A DNA stretch of 64,000 bases from Bacteroidota bacterium (GCA_003250475.1 QKGI01000065.1:15240-79239); one strand, 5' to 3'; positions 37,854 to 46,320 are shown, numbered from the stretch's first letter. Notes: generated from the letters alone by a model not told the origin. Translations and numbers: made by a program.

Positions 37854-38837
37854 TCAAAGGCCAATAAGTCCGGACAGGTTTCGTATGTCTGTCATGCCAA
37901 AGGAGAGCTCAAAGCGGGTGAGATCACATCCGCTGCCTGTGCCTTTCCTGCGATGTTCCAGGCATTCGTCCATAGTTTGTCTCATGTATTTCTTGTTCTG
38001 AACGGACGAGAACCACAAGAACTGGATAGTCGATCTCGGAAGATTCCTGTTCAGGTATTCAGGATTTACCTTCATTATTCGCGGGAAGATACTATCCTGT
38101 CCCCCGTATCCGTGTGATGCTGAGACACGCGAGAGTCCGCCGCCGAGATATGCTGGTTTCTGCCTGTCGGAAACAGGTATAGCATCCCATTCCTGATCAA
38201 GGAACTGCTTGTTATATGAGGCGGCTATTTCATCTTTCTCCTTCGCGGCAAATTCCCTGGCTGCCATAAAGGCTTCCTCCACCGTTACAGGTAACCAGTA
38301 CGGAGGCCGTTCCGGGTCATAAATGATCCAGCCTTCACCGTCATACACATCAATCCCGGGCTCAACGGTTGTCTTTCTCAGTGGCACCGCAAAGTATCCG
38401 TGGGCGCTGTCAAAGCCCTCGGTCCAGCCGGCCACCATATCATTTGTGTAGAGTGACCACGAAGGAGGCTCAATTGTATTGAACACAACCTTACCCTCTT
38501 TGTTAAAGAAGAACGAACAGAACTCGAATGCTATCCGTGCCGGTACTCCATACCACTCTTTGCCTTTGCATGTCATAGACATGGTATGTATTCTTGCCCT
38601 TCCGTTAAAGCCTTTTATGTCAGCCAGGACAGGATTTTCCCTTACAATAGCTATCACCTCCCTTATTTTTTCAAGGTTGGATGCCACATCTGCTTTTGTA
38701 AAGCCGCACTCAGCCATAGTGTAATCTGTCCTTCCCAGTATTTCGAAGGTTCCGGGCCTCTGCGAAAGGTCCTCCTGGGCTGCTGCCCGGAAGGTGAAAA
38801 GGGTCAGGGCTGAAATTATAACAAGATATTTTTTCAT
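37854..38837 (-). CDS. Exported hypothetical protein, paralogue B
   Basis: ORF 37854..38861. The ATG at 38837 gives MKKYLVIISALTLFTFRAAAQ. An alternative ATG at 38861 forms an ATGA overlap with the upstream stop. Confidence 0.7.
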   Translation of the reverse strand: MKKYLVIISALTLFTFRAAAQEDLSQRPGTFEILGRTDYTMAECGFTKADVASNLEKIREVIAIVRENPVLADIKGFNGRARIHTMSMTCKGKEWYGVPARIAFEFCSFFFNKEGKVVFNTIEPPSWSLYTNDMVAGWTEGFDSAHGYFAVPLRKTTVEPGIDVYDGEGWIIYDPERPPYWLPVTVEEAFMAAREFAAKEKDEIAASYNKQFLDQEWDAIPVSDRQKPAYLGGGLSRVSASHGYGGQDSIFPRIMKVNPEYLNRNLPRSTIQFLWFSSVQNKKYMRQTMDECLEHRRKGTGSGCDLTRFELSFGMTDIRNLSGLIGL

Positions 38838-38857
38838 GGTTTCTGTCTCTTTCAAAG

Positions 38858-40012
38858 TCATTCCCTGGTCAATGTAAAGTCAATTGTCACAGTAGTCTTT
38901 TCATTGCCCTGCGACACGTCTTTAGTTTCATTCATGCTCAGCACCTTATCTGCAGCTGTACCCTGGTAAGGACCAAAAACAGCGGTAAAGGGAACATCAA
39001 TACTTTTTGTTTTTGTGTCAGGAGGCTCATCTTCGTTCCCGCCCGTACAGGGACCGTCTACTTTCTTTTCCGTGGTGATCTTCATGGGCCCTTTTTCAGA
39101 GGTGGCCTTGACTGTCAGAAGAAAGCTCCCGTCATCGAGGAAGGTGATTCTGATTCTTGCATCGGAGACCTGTACCCCTCCTGAGATACTTTCATTAGAT
39201 AAGCCTTCCACCTTCGCTTCCGACTCCTTCGTCTCCGTTATCCGGGCAAAGCCCCTGTTGCCATCCTTGCATACATAGCATGGGTTACTTGTCACGGTAG
39301 TGTATTTCTCCTTCAGGTCATACGTCACAGTGCCCGAAGTCAGGGCCAGGTCCTCCTTCATAAGTTCCCACCTCAGTGTCGAATTGCTTTCTGTTTCAAC
39401 ATCCGTGACGATCATACCTGCATGACAGGGCGTCGAAGAGGAGGTTGATTCTTCCCGATCGCTTTTTACTTCGATGTTAACAGGACCGGTATAAGGGCAG
39501 ATCTCATGCTTCTTAAACTCGTCGACCAGTCTTTTTACAGGGGGTATAGATCCGTCTCCCGTCACGTCGGCTGCCGGGAAGGTCTCCGTGAAATCAGCCA
39601 GTATCTCACCTTCGCTGTTGGCACATGTCACCGTAGCAGTGACAGTCTCCGGTGAGTTGATGTACATGCAGTATTTTACGGCAAGATCAGGATTGGTCAA
39701 ACCACCGGCGATTTTACTTATTATCGGTCCCACATCGCGATTGCCGAATTCAGCTGTACCCTGAAGACGTAATTCATCCATGCATAAATCTGCCGTTACC
39801 GGGTCAGTGACTCCGATACAGGGATAATTTCTTTCCATCTCACTGATAATATCAGAGAGAAAGATGTTGTTAATACCTTTTGACAGGTACAGGAGGTTGG
39901 TATCTGCAGCTCCCGCCCTGGCCAGAAGAAGCATCGTCTTTTCGCGCGACTGTGCCCCGACCCGGAGAGGGAGGAGCAGTATTAGCAGGATTAGAAGGCC
40001 GGGATGTTTCAT
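38858..40012 (-). CDS. Exported hypothetical protein (384 aa, Cys-containing, T/E/K-rich)
   Basis: Signal peptide MKHPGLLILLILLLPLRVGAQ. ATGA overlap with the upstream gene at 40009..40012. I see no recognisable domain. Confidence 0.7.
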   Translation of the reverse strand: MKHPGLLILLILLLPLRVGAQSREKTMLLLARAGAADTNLLYLSKGINNIFLSDIISEMERNYPCIGVTDPVTADLCMDELRLQGTAEFGNRDVGPIISKIAGGLTNPDLAVKYCMYINSPETVTATVTCANSEGEILADFTETFPAADVTGDGSIPPVKRLVDEFKKHEICPYTGPVNIEVKSDREESTSSSTPCHAGMIVTDVETESNSTLRWELMKEDLALTSGTVTYDLKEKYTTVTSNPCYVCKDGNRGFARITETKESEAKVEGLSNESISGGVQVSDARIRITFLDDGSFLLTVKATSEKGPMKITTEKKVDGPCTGGNEDEPPDTKTKSIDVPFTAVFGPYQGTAADKVLSMNETKDVSQGNEKTTVTIDFTLTRE

Positions 40013-40974
40013 CTGGTGAGTACATTACAGGAAGGGTACTTGCTCTTTATAATCTCAATCTCAGATTCCGGCACATCCGTATTTGTCAGCCCAAGCTCTG
40101 TGAGGTTGACGAGGTCATTAATAACAGGCAGGGTGGTCGTAAGCGGATTGTTGTCTGCATACAGCTTTCGGAGGCCAGGCAGGTGTGCTATACCTGAAGG
40201 CAATGAACGGATCATATTGTTAAAGATGCCCAGCGTATTCAGTCCGGGGTATTGATTGATCTCCCGCGGAAGAGTGGTCACGTAAACACCAAGATTAACA
40301 ATATATAATTCTTTAAGGGGATAGCCGGCGGCGTTTTTAAGGATTTCCTGCAGGTCAACCGGTACAGGATACTGGCTGCTGGTAATAATAAGGGTGCTGA
40401 CCGACTTATATAAAGGCATCATGTCTATTACCGCCTGGATACCCTGCATTGACATGTCTATCACCAATACTTCCAGTTCTTCCGCTACAAACGGAACCGG
40501 CTTCCGGGTCTCCTCCTCCCTGTATTCATTCACGATCTCTTCCCTGAGTGGTTCAGCCAGCAGGATATCAGCCCCTTCGCCTCCGGCTGCGGCTTTCCAT
40601 ATCTGGCTGTAGATATCCATTTTCTGGTCGACCATGGCCTCATTGATCTCTGCCAGCTCCTCAGCATCATTGGAAGCATTCTGACTATCCTGACTGCCGG
40701 AAGAAGAACCTGTGCCGGCTCCTGCGCTACTATTCAGCCGGCCTGGCCCCATCATCAGCATTTTTGCCAGTCGCCTGATCTCGGCATTGGCCTTTTCTGC
40801 AGATGCAGGATCATCCCAGTTGGTCGTCTGCCTGATCTTTGCCATCTGCTCTCTAATATCGGCGGCAGAGGTTTCTGTCTGTGCACCCGCCGTAACACAG
40901 AAGAATAGCAGGAGCACCATAAGTCCGGACTTCACCCCCATGACACAGCTCTTTTTTGTTGAAGAACAGTTCAT
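40009..40974 (-). CDS. Exported protein with C-terminal leucine-rich repeats
   Basis: 321 aa. Signal region ..GLMVLLLFFCVTAGAQ (possible lipobox LFFC). A S/G/N/Q-rich linker. The C-terminus carries LRR units (LNTLGIFNNMIRSLPSGIAHLPGLRKLYADNNPLTTTLPVINDLVNLTELGLTNTDV). TAATG 1-nt overlap with the upstream stop. An alternative start is at 40941. Confidence 0.7.
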   Translation of the reverse strand: MNCSSTKKSCVMGVKSGLMVLLLFFCVTAGAQTETSAADIREQMAKIRQTTNWDDPASAEKANAEIRRLAKMLMMGPGRLNSSAGAGTGSSSGSQDSQNASNDAEELAEINEAMVDQKMDIYSQIWKAAAGGEGADILLAEPLREEIVNEYREEETRKPVPFVAEELEVLVIDMSMQGIQAVIDMMPLYKSVSTLIITSSQYPVPVDLQEILKNAAGYPLKELYIVNLGVYVTTLPREINQYPGLNTLGIFNNMIRSLPSGIAHLPGLRKLYADNNPLTTTLPVINDLVNLTELGLTNTDVPESEIEIIKSKYPSCNVLTR

Positions 40975-41969
40975 TAATAGCTATCCTCAGGGTAATAGAG
41001 CTTGAAGCCGTATACCTCCTTTAACTTCCGGAGATAGTCGGCTATAGCTGAAAGACCGGCAATCTCCCGGCATTCCGGCGGAGTGGATATACCCGTCTGA
41101 AGCTTATTGGACTCATCCAATATTTCACCGTAGTTTTTATAATCGGGCAATGAAGCCTTAAGTATTTGCATATGTTGACGAAGGGCTCCCCTGTATCGTG
41201 GAGTGAACCTGTCACAGTACCTTACCTGCTCATTTTTAATAAGCAGCGCCAGGGAGTCCATCTGTTTTCCCTGTCCATAGTCAACACCGGCCATTGACGT
41301 TATTCCGGCATGCCAGTCATCTATCCTGTCGAGCATAGCCTGCCTTTCAGGGTCACCCTCCAGTGGAGAATAGAGATCCGCAATCCTCTGTTGTATTGAA
41401 GATATCTTATTCATGGCATTGGTACGGGCGTTCAATGACTCGTACAGCGATCTGGCATTTGCGCTTTTTGCCTGCCGGGCCGGGTCGGTCTCCGCAACAG
41501 CCATAGATTCTGTTGCATATGCCTCAGCATAGGCTTTTCTCCCGGCATCACTCATTTTTGAAAGGTTCTGGACTTCACCCATAGACATGTTGGTCTGTTG
41601 CTGCATCATTTTATTGGCCAGGGCCTGTTTCTCAGCTGCCGACATGTTTTTTGCGTTTTTCATCTTCTCCAGGTCTGCCTGCGAGATCCCGTACTGCTGT
41701 GACAGCTGTCTCATTGCCGTCTCCTGTGCTGTTGAGGCATTACTCTCCATAGTTGTGTTTTGCAGGCCGGTCAACATATCAATATCTGCCTGGATATCCT
41801 GCAAGATACCATCCACCCTGGCCTCAAATGCCTCTGCCTTTGCCCTTGTTACATTACATGAATCATCTGGCAGGACAGGGACCTTTGCCATATAACCGGC
41901 AGTCCTGTTTTGTGCCGATGTCACAATGGAAAAAGCTGCTGCAAGAAGGAATATGGCCGTTCTTTTCAT
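40974..41969 (-). CDS. Exported hypothetical protein (331 aa, helical, M/Q/A/N-rich)
   Basis: Signal peptide MKRTAIFLLAAAFSIVTSAQ. The composition suggests a coiled coil. I see no recognisable domain. Confidence 0.7.
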   Translation of the reverse strand: MKRTAIFLLAAAFSIVTSAQNRTAGYMAKVPVLPDDSCNVTRAKAEAFEARVDGILQDIQADIDMLTGLQNTTMESNASTAQETAMRQLSQQYGISQADLEKMKNAKNMSAAEKQALANKMMQQQTNMSMGEVQNLSKMSDAGRKAYAEAYATESMAVAETDPARQAKSANARSLYESLNARTNAMNKISSIQQRIADLYSPLEGDPERQAMLDRIDDWHAGITSMAGVDYGQGKQMDSLALLIKNEQVRYCDRFTPRYRGALRQHMQILKASLPDYKNYGEILDESNKLQTGISTPPECREIAGLSAIADYLRKLKEVYGFKLYYPEDSY

Positions 41970-41971
41970 AA

Positions 41972-43282
41972 TCAGAGCTTAATAAATTCAACCCTGCGGT
42001 TCAAAGCCTTGTTGGCGGGGGTATCATTCTGAGCTACAGGCTGGCTCTCACCCATACCATCCGATTCCAGCCTGGATGCTTCAATGCCGAAGGTCTTCAC
42101 AAGCTCGTTTTTCACTGAGGCACCTCTTCTCCTGGAGAGGTCCATGTTAGCAGCATCTGCACCGTCAGCATCGGTATGGCCAACAATTTTCACCCTTATG
42201 TCCGGATTTTCCTGGAGGACGGTGGCAATTTCCTTCAGGGTGCCATAAGACTCAGGCTTGACCACGTCCCTGTTGACATCAAAATATATCCCGTACGTAA
42301 CCAGTTTGCCTTCGGTTATAAGCTTATTACGTGTATCCGGTGCTCCTACAGCTATGCGTATATTGGATATCATAGCCGCACCGTATTCAAACCGCAGCCT
42401 GTCCGGCTTCACGCAGCCTGCAGGCAATGCCCTTGGAAGATCAATAATCTTGTTCTGATCCTGGTACAGGCGGATCCTTGTTTTCTGAACCCATATGGAA
42501 ATATGGTATTTCTGGTTCATTTTTTCCTTGTACTGGTCGCCCTCCACATAGCCGCTCAACTGTGCTTTACCGCAATCCTCACCATAGAACCAGGTATGAT
42601 ATCCCGGTCTGCCGAAATACTCTACTTTAAACTCGAATCCACCCTGGCCCGGAGCCGATCCGCCGTCCCATGCCCTGGCGTTTTTGGCCTGCATCAGCTT
42701 CATATGCCATCCTGACATCCCCTGGCCTTCAAGACCACCGATAGGAATAATATCGTATTCTATCGTATAATTTTCAGGTAATTTCAGCAACTCATCAGTC
42801 CAGACACACTGATTCATGACGAACTTCATCCAGTTACCGGGGAATAAGTTAGTGGTAACTACTTCGGCTGTCCCATTTGTGTTCCACAGGGCAGGGAAAT
42901 CGCCAACGGCATCCTGGCTGAAATCCTCATAAAAGATCACCTTTTCTCCCGGAATAAAGTCAAATCTGGAATAGCTTTCAAGTGATGCCTGCTGCTGCCC
43001 TGAAGTACCGGAGGGATTAGCATTCCCCTTCCCTTGGTTCTGGTCTGTTGAATTGTCCTGTCCGGTACCCTGGTTTGTCTTCCCGTTATTTTTCATGTCC
43101 GCGGTAATACTGTCCTCCACGGAATCAAGTACCTTATCTATTGCCTGGTCCGTCTTCTGGTTAAGCCTTCGGTTAACCTGCTGTTCAAGTTTCTTTTTGA
43201 AGTCTACCTTGATCTGACCCTGCACATTCATTGTCAGGCTTATCAAAACCAGGGCGATTAAAAATCTGATTATGGATCTCAT
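41972..43282 (-). CDS. OmpA-family protein: N/Q/G-rich linker + beta-rich domain + C-terminal OmpA/MotB peptidoglycan-binding domain
   Basis: 436 aa. Signal peptide ..LTMNVQGQ. FDFIPGEKVIFYEDF block. C-terminus VKIVGHTDADGADAANMDLSRRRGASVKNELV..NRRVEFIKL. Confidence 0.8.
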   Translation of the reverse strand: MRSIIRFLIALVLISLTMNVQGQIKVDFKKKLEQQVNRRLNQKTDQAIDKVLDSVEDSITADMKNNGKTNQGTGQDNSTDQNQGKGNANPSGTSGQQQASLESYSRFDFIPGEKVIFYEDFSQDAVGDFPALWNTNGTAEVVTTNLFPGNWMKFVMNQCVWTDELLKLPENYTIEYDIIPIGGLEGQGMSGWHMKLMQAKNARAWDGGSAPGQGGFEFKVEYFGRPGYHTWFYGEDCGKAQLSGYVEGDQYKEKMNQKYHISIWVQKTRIRLYQDQNKIIDLPRALPAGCVKPDRLRFEYGAAMISNIRIAVGAPDTRNKLITEGKLVTYGIYFDVNRDVVKPESYGTLKEIATVLQENPDIRVKIVGHTDADGADAANMDLSRRRGASVKNELVKTFGIEASRLESDGMGESQPVAQNDTPANKALNRRVEFIKL

Positions 43283-43441
43283 TCTGTAAAATTTTTAGTT
43301 TGGCGTTTAAACGGAGTTATACCAAAGTAAACCTACCAACAGATTTTGACTGTGTACTCCCCTTTTTTGGGGATTTTTCACTCAGGGAAATATCTTTCCA
43401 ATATCCCTGAAAAAGGGGAAGTCTGATAAACGAATATTAAT

Positions 43442-43449
43442 TAGGTTTG
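43442..43449 (+). promoter_or_regulatory. Candidate -7 box TAGGTTTG for the histidine kinase gene
   Basis: Matches TAnnTTTG, 18 nt upstream of the ATG at 43467. Confidence 0.3.
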
Positions 43450-43466
43450 TGTAATATTTTTCATTC

Positions 43467-45398
43467 ATGAAACGGGCCCAGAGCAGACTCTACTTTTTTA
43501 TTCCATTGATTATAATGTTTATGTGCATGCCCGGGCTTCAAGGCCAGGTGCCTGATTCAATTGAAGAAAAAATAAACTCCATCCTGTATGCCGCGCCTGT
43601 AACTAACAGGTCAGACCAGAAGGGGTTTGCTGACGATTCACTGATGATTGAATCTTTACTGTCAAACACCGAGAAATATCAGGCAATTAATTCAGATACG
43701 TCACTGTATTTTGCACAGACAGCACTGAGTCATTCGCTCCGGTATGGATCATTACCGTTGATTTCATGTTCCCTGCAGGCTATGGGAGACTATTATTTAA
43801 GCCACGAGATGTATCGTGAATCAATGGCCTATTACCTTAAGAGTCTGGCGATTGAGGAAAAAGCCGGCAATCAGGGACGTATGGCCGACCTGTATGATGA
43901 ACTGGGAACGGTCTATTATTATCTGGAGGTGTTTGACAAATCACTTGATTATAATCAGAAGGCTCTCAATATATTCAGGGAGATCGAAGATACCACAGGG
44001 ATTGCCAAGGTACTCAGTCACCTTGGCTCTCTTCACAGCTCCAGGGAGTTTTGTGAGGTGAGATCCAAAGCGGAGAAACTTATTGACTTTCAGACTGCGA
44101 TAGTCTATCATGAGCAATCGATACGATACTCGGCTATGACCGGTGACAACCGGAGCATAGCCAGGGGCAACCAGAACATTGCGTCAGTTTATAATAAGCT
44201 TGAGAAGCCGGGAGTAGCACTGATATATATCCGGAAGTCGCTCGATTATTACAGGAGCACCAATGACCCGGAAGGTACCCTCAGCGCATTGTTTACCCTT
44301 GGCAAGACCTACTACAGGCTTAAAGAATACAGTAAGGCCATTGATGCTTTCAGGGAGTCAGAAAAAATAGCCAGCGAGAGAAAACTGACAGGAGGTCTGC
44401 AATATCTCTATGAGGCCCTGGCTATGCCATACTACGATATCGGCGATTACAAAAATGCCTACAACACCTATATCAGGTATATGACCATCCGGGATTCTGT
44501 CTATAACGCTGAGAAATCGAAACAGATCATTGAGCTGGAAACTAAATACCAGAGTGAGATTAAGCAGAATGAGATTTTGAGGCTCAGGGCTGAGGAGAAG
44601 AGGAAGACAACGCTTCTCTATCTGCTGGCGGTGATAATCGTTCTGCTCGGTTTTTCCATTTACTATTATGTAAGGCTCCTCAGGAAGAACCGGATTATTG
44701 CTGAACAAAATCTTCAGATCAGGGAAGATAAAATCAAGGAACTGGAGAAAGAAAGACTTTATCTGGCGGCCAGGTCAGTCATTGAGGGTGAGGAGGCCGA
44801 GAGATCACGACTGGCCAGTGATCTTCATAATGGACTTGGCGGTTTATTGTCAGGAATAAGAATCAATCTCTCGTCAATGAAAGAAAATTCTGTAATCACG
44901 CATGACAATGTAAATGCATTCAATCATGCCCTGTCATTGCTCGACACATCCATCAGCGAGCTTCGCAGGATCGCTCACAATCTGATGCCGGAGACATTAA
45001 ACCATTATGGTTTAAAGACCGCTCTGGAAGATTTCTGCACGCAGGTTTCCCCCACAGGTAATCCGGAAATAAGCCTGCAGTTCTTCGGAGATGAGATTCG
45101 ATACACCAGGGAGCTGGAATTAACCATGTACAGGGCAGTTCAGGAGCTGGTGAATAATGCCCTGAAGTATTCGGAAGCAACCAGGATAAATGTGCAGCTG
45201 TTTTCGGAACCTAACAGACTGTCTGCCCAGGTGACCGATAATGGAAGAGGATTCGACAGCAGTGCGACAGAGAAAGGGAGGAAAGGCAAAGGCCTTGAAA
45301 ATATACGTGACAGGATAACGGCGCTTAACGGCAGGTTTGATATCTGGAGCGAACCAGGTCAGGGGACAGAGATAAGTGTTGAAATAGAAATTGAGTGA
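43467..45398 (+). CDS. TPR-repeat sensor histidine kinase (HisKA_3/NarX-type)
   Basis: 643 aa. Signal/anchor ..MPGLQGQ, about 8 TPR-like repeats and one TM segment (TTLLYLLAVIIVLLGFSIYYYV). H-box ERSRLASDLHNGLGG. HATPase blocks NALKYSEA, DNGRGF and GKGLENIRDR. Confidence 0.85.
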   Translation: MKRAQSRLYFFIPLIIMFMCMPGLQGQVPDSIEEKINSILYAAPVTNRSDQKGFADDSLMIESLLSNTEKYQAINSDTSLYFAQTALSHSLRYGSLPLISCSLQAMGDYYLSHEMYRESMAYYLKSLAIEEKAGNQGRMADLYDELGTVYYYLEVFDKSLDYNQKALNIFREIEDTTGIAKVLSHLGSLHSSREFCEVRSKAEKLIDFQTAIVYHEQSIRYSAMTGDNRSIARGNQNIASVYNKLEKPGVALIYIRKSLDYYRSTNDPEGTLSALFTLGKTYYRLKEYSKAIDAFRESEKIASERKLTGGLQYLYEALAMPYYDIGDYKNAYNTYIRYMTIRDSVYNAEKSKQIIELETKYQSEIKQNEILRLRAEEKRKTTLLYLLAVIIVLLGFSIYYYVRLLRKNRIIAEQNLQIREDKIKELEKERLYLAARSVIEGEEAERSRLASDLHNGLGGLLSGIRINLSSMKENSVITHDNVNAFNHALSLLDTSISELRRIAHNLMPETLNHYGLKTALEDFCTQVSPTGNPEISLQFFGDEIRYTRELELTMYRAVQELVNNALKYSEATRINVQLFSEPNRLSAQVTDNGRGFDSSATEKGRKGKGLENIRDRITALNGRFDIWSEPGQGTEISVEIEIE

Positions 45399-45400
45399 CT

Positions 45401-46045
45401 ATGACCGCAGATTATCCGGTTGTAAGCAAAAAGGTTCTGATAGTTGAGGATCATCCTATCGTTTCTGACAGCCTGCTGCGTCTCATCAATGAGTCGTTTG
45501 AAAACACATTATGTGTGCATGCCGCAACAGGGGCAAAGGGCCTGTCATATCTTAACGGAAATATCTTTGACATAATACTGCTCGACATTAATCTTCCTGA
45601 CATGTCAGGCATCGATTTCAGCATCCGGGCAAGATCAAGGTTCCCCGGATTGAAGATCCTTGTTGTTACATCACTGGCCCAGAGACATATAATCGAAAAG
45701 GCAGTCAGGGCAGGAGTGAAAGGGTTTGTTCTTAAGACTTCGGATATTAAAGATATTACCGAAGGTATAAAGAAGGTCATGGAGGGAGAAAACTATTTCG
45801 GGGCAGGAGTCAGGGAGATTACCTTCGGACATTCGGTAAGCGGCACTTCCGAACCGCTGATAACAAGGCGGGAGAGCGAAATACTAAGGCTCATTGCTGA
45901 CGGTTTTACAAACCAGGAGATAGCGGAGAGACTTTTCATCAGCACCTCCACCGTTGACAGCCACCGGAAGAATCTACTTGTGAAGTTCGATGCAAAAAAC
46001 ACTGCTGCTCTTGTAAAGACAGCGATCTCAAGGGGGATAATTTAG
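45401..46045 (+). CDS. NarL/LuxR-family response regulator
   Basis: The tracked ORF starts at the GTG at 45395. The ATG at 45401 gives MTADYPVVSKKVLIVEDHP. Receiver Asp in IILLDINLPDMSG. LuxR HTH LITRRESEILRLIADGFTNQEIAERLFISTSTVDSHRKNL. Confidence 0.9.
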   Translation: MTADYPVVSKKVLIVEDHPIVSDSLLRLINESFENTLCVHAATGAKGLSYLNGNIFDIILLDINLPDMSGIDFSIRARSRFPGLKILVVTSLAQRHIIEKAVRAGVKGFVLKTSDIKDITEGIKKVMEGENYFGAGVREITFGHSVSGTSEPLITRRESEILRLIADGFTNQEIAERLFISTSTVDSHRKNLLVKFDAKNTAALVKTAISRGII

Positions 46046-46131
46046 GTCTGAAGGTCTGAAGGTCTGGGGTCTGAAGGTCTGAGGTCTGGGGTCTGAGGTC
46101 TGAAGGTCTGAGGTCTGAAGGTCTCAAGGTC
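46045..46131. repeat. Microsatellite (GGTCTGA[A]/GGTCTGG)n, 11 units of 7-8 bp
   Basis: Reads ggtctgaa ggtctgaa ggtctgg ggtctgaa ggtctga ggtctgg ggtctga ggtctgaa ggtctga ggtctgaa ggtctcaa ggtc. The first G is the last base of the regulator's TAG stop. Confidence 0.9.
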
Positions 46132-46173
46132 ATGTCGGAGCGGGGCGGAGATCCCCGGCCGTAAGGTCGGGAC

Positions 46174-46238
46174 GGTCTTACGGTCTTGCAGTCTTGCGGT
46201 CTTGCAGTCTTGCAGTCTTGCAGTCGTGCAGTCTGAGG
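46174..46238. repeat. Microsatellite (GTCTTGCR)n, about 7 units of 8 bp
   Basis: Reads ggtcttac ggtcttgca gtcttgcg gtcttgca gtcttgca gtcttgca gtcgtgca gtctgagg. The same unit occurs once at 2106..2116. Confidence 0.9.
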
Positions 46239-46284
46239 ATGTGTTAAAAAACCCCGTTCATTTGTCCCGCTTTGTTTTTGTTAT

Positions 46285-46292
46285 TAAATTTG
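46285..46292 (+). promoter_or_regulatory. Candidate -7 box TAAATTTG for the DUF2851 gene
   Basis: Matches TAnnTTTG, 29 nt upstream of the ATG at 46321. Confidence 0.35.
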
Positions 46293-46320
46293 ATCAGCTG
46301 CATTTCTAAATACCCTGAAC

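Noticed and set aside
45939-46133. 64-aa minus-strand ORF with the repetitive peptide SDLRPSDLRPQTSDLQTPDLQ
   Set aside because: It is a translation of the GGTCTGAR microsatellite, and its 3' portion runs antisense into the response-regulator coding region. There is no independent coding evidence.
46045-46238. Possible CRISPR array
   Set aside because: The units are 7-8 bp and contiguous with no spacers, and no cas genes are nearby. It is a microsatellite, not a CRISPR array.
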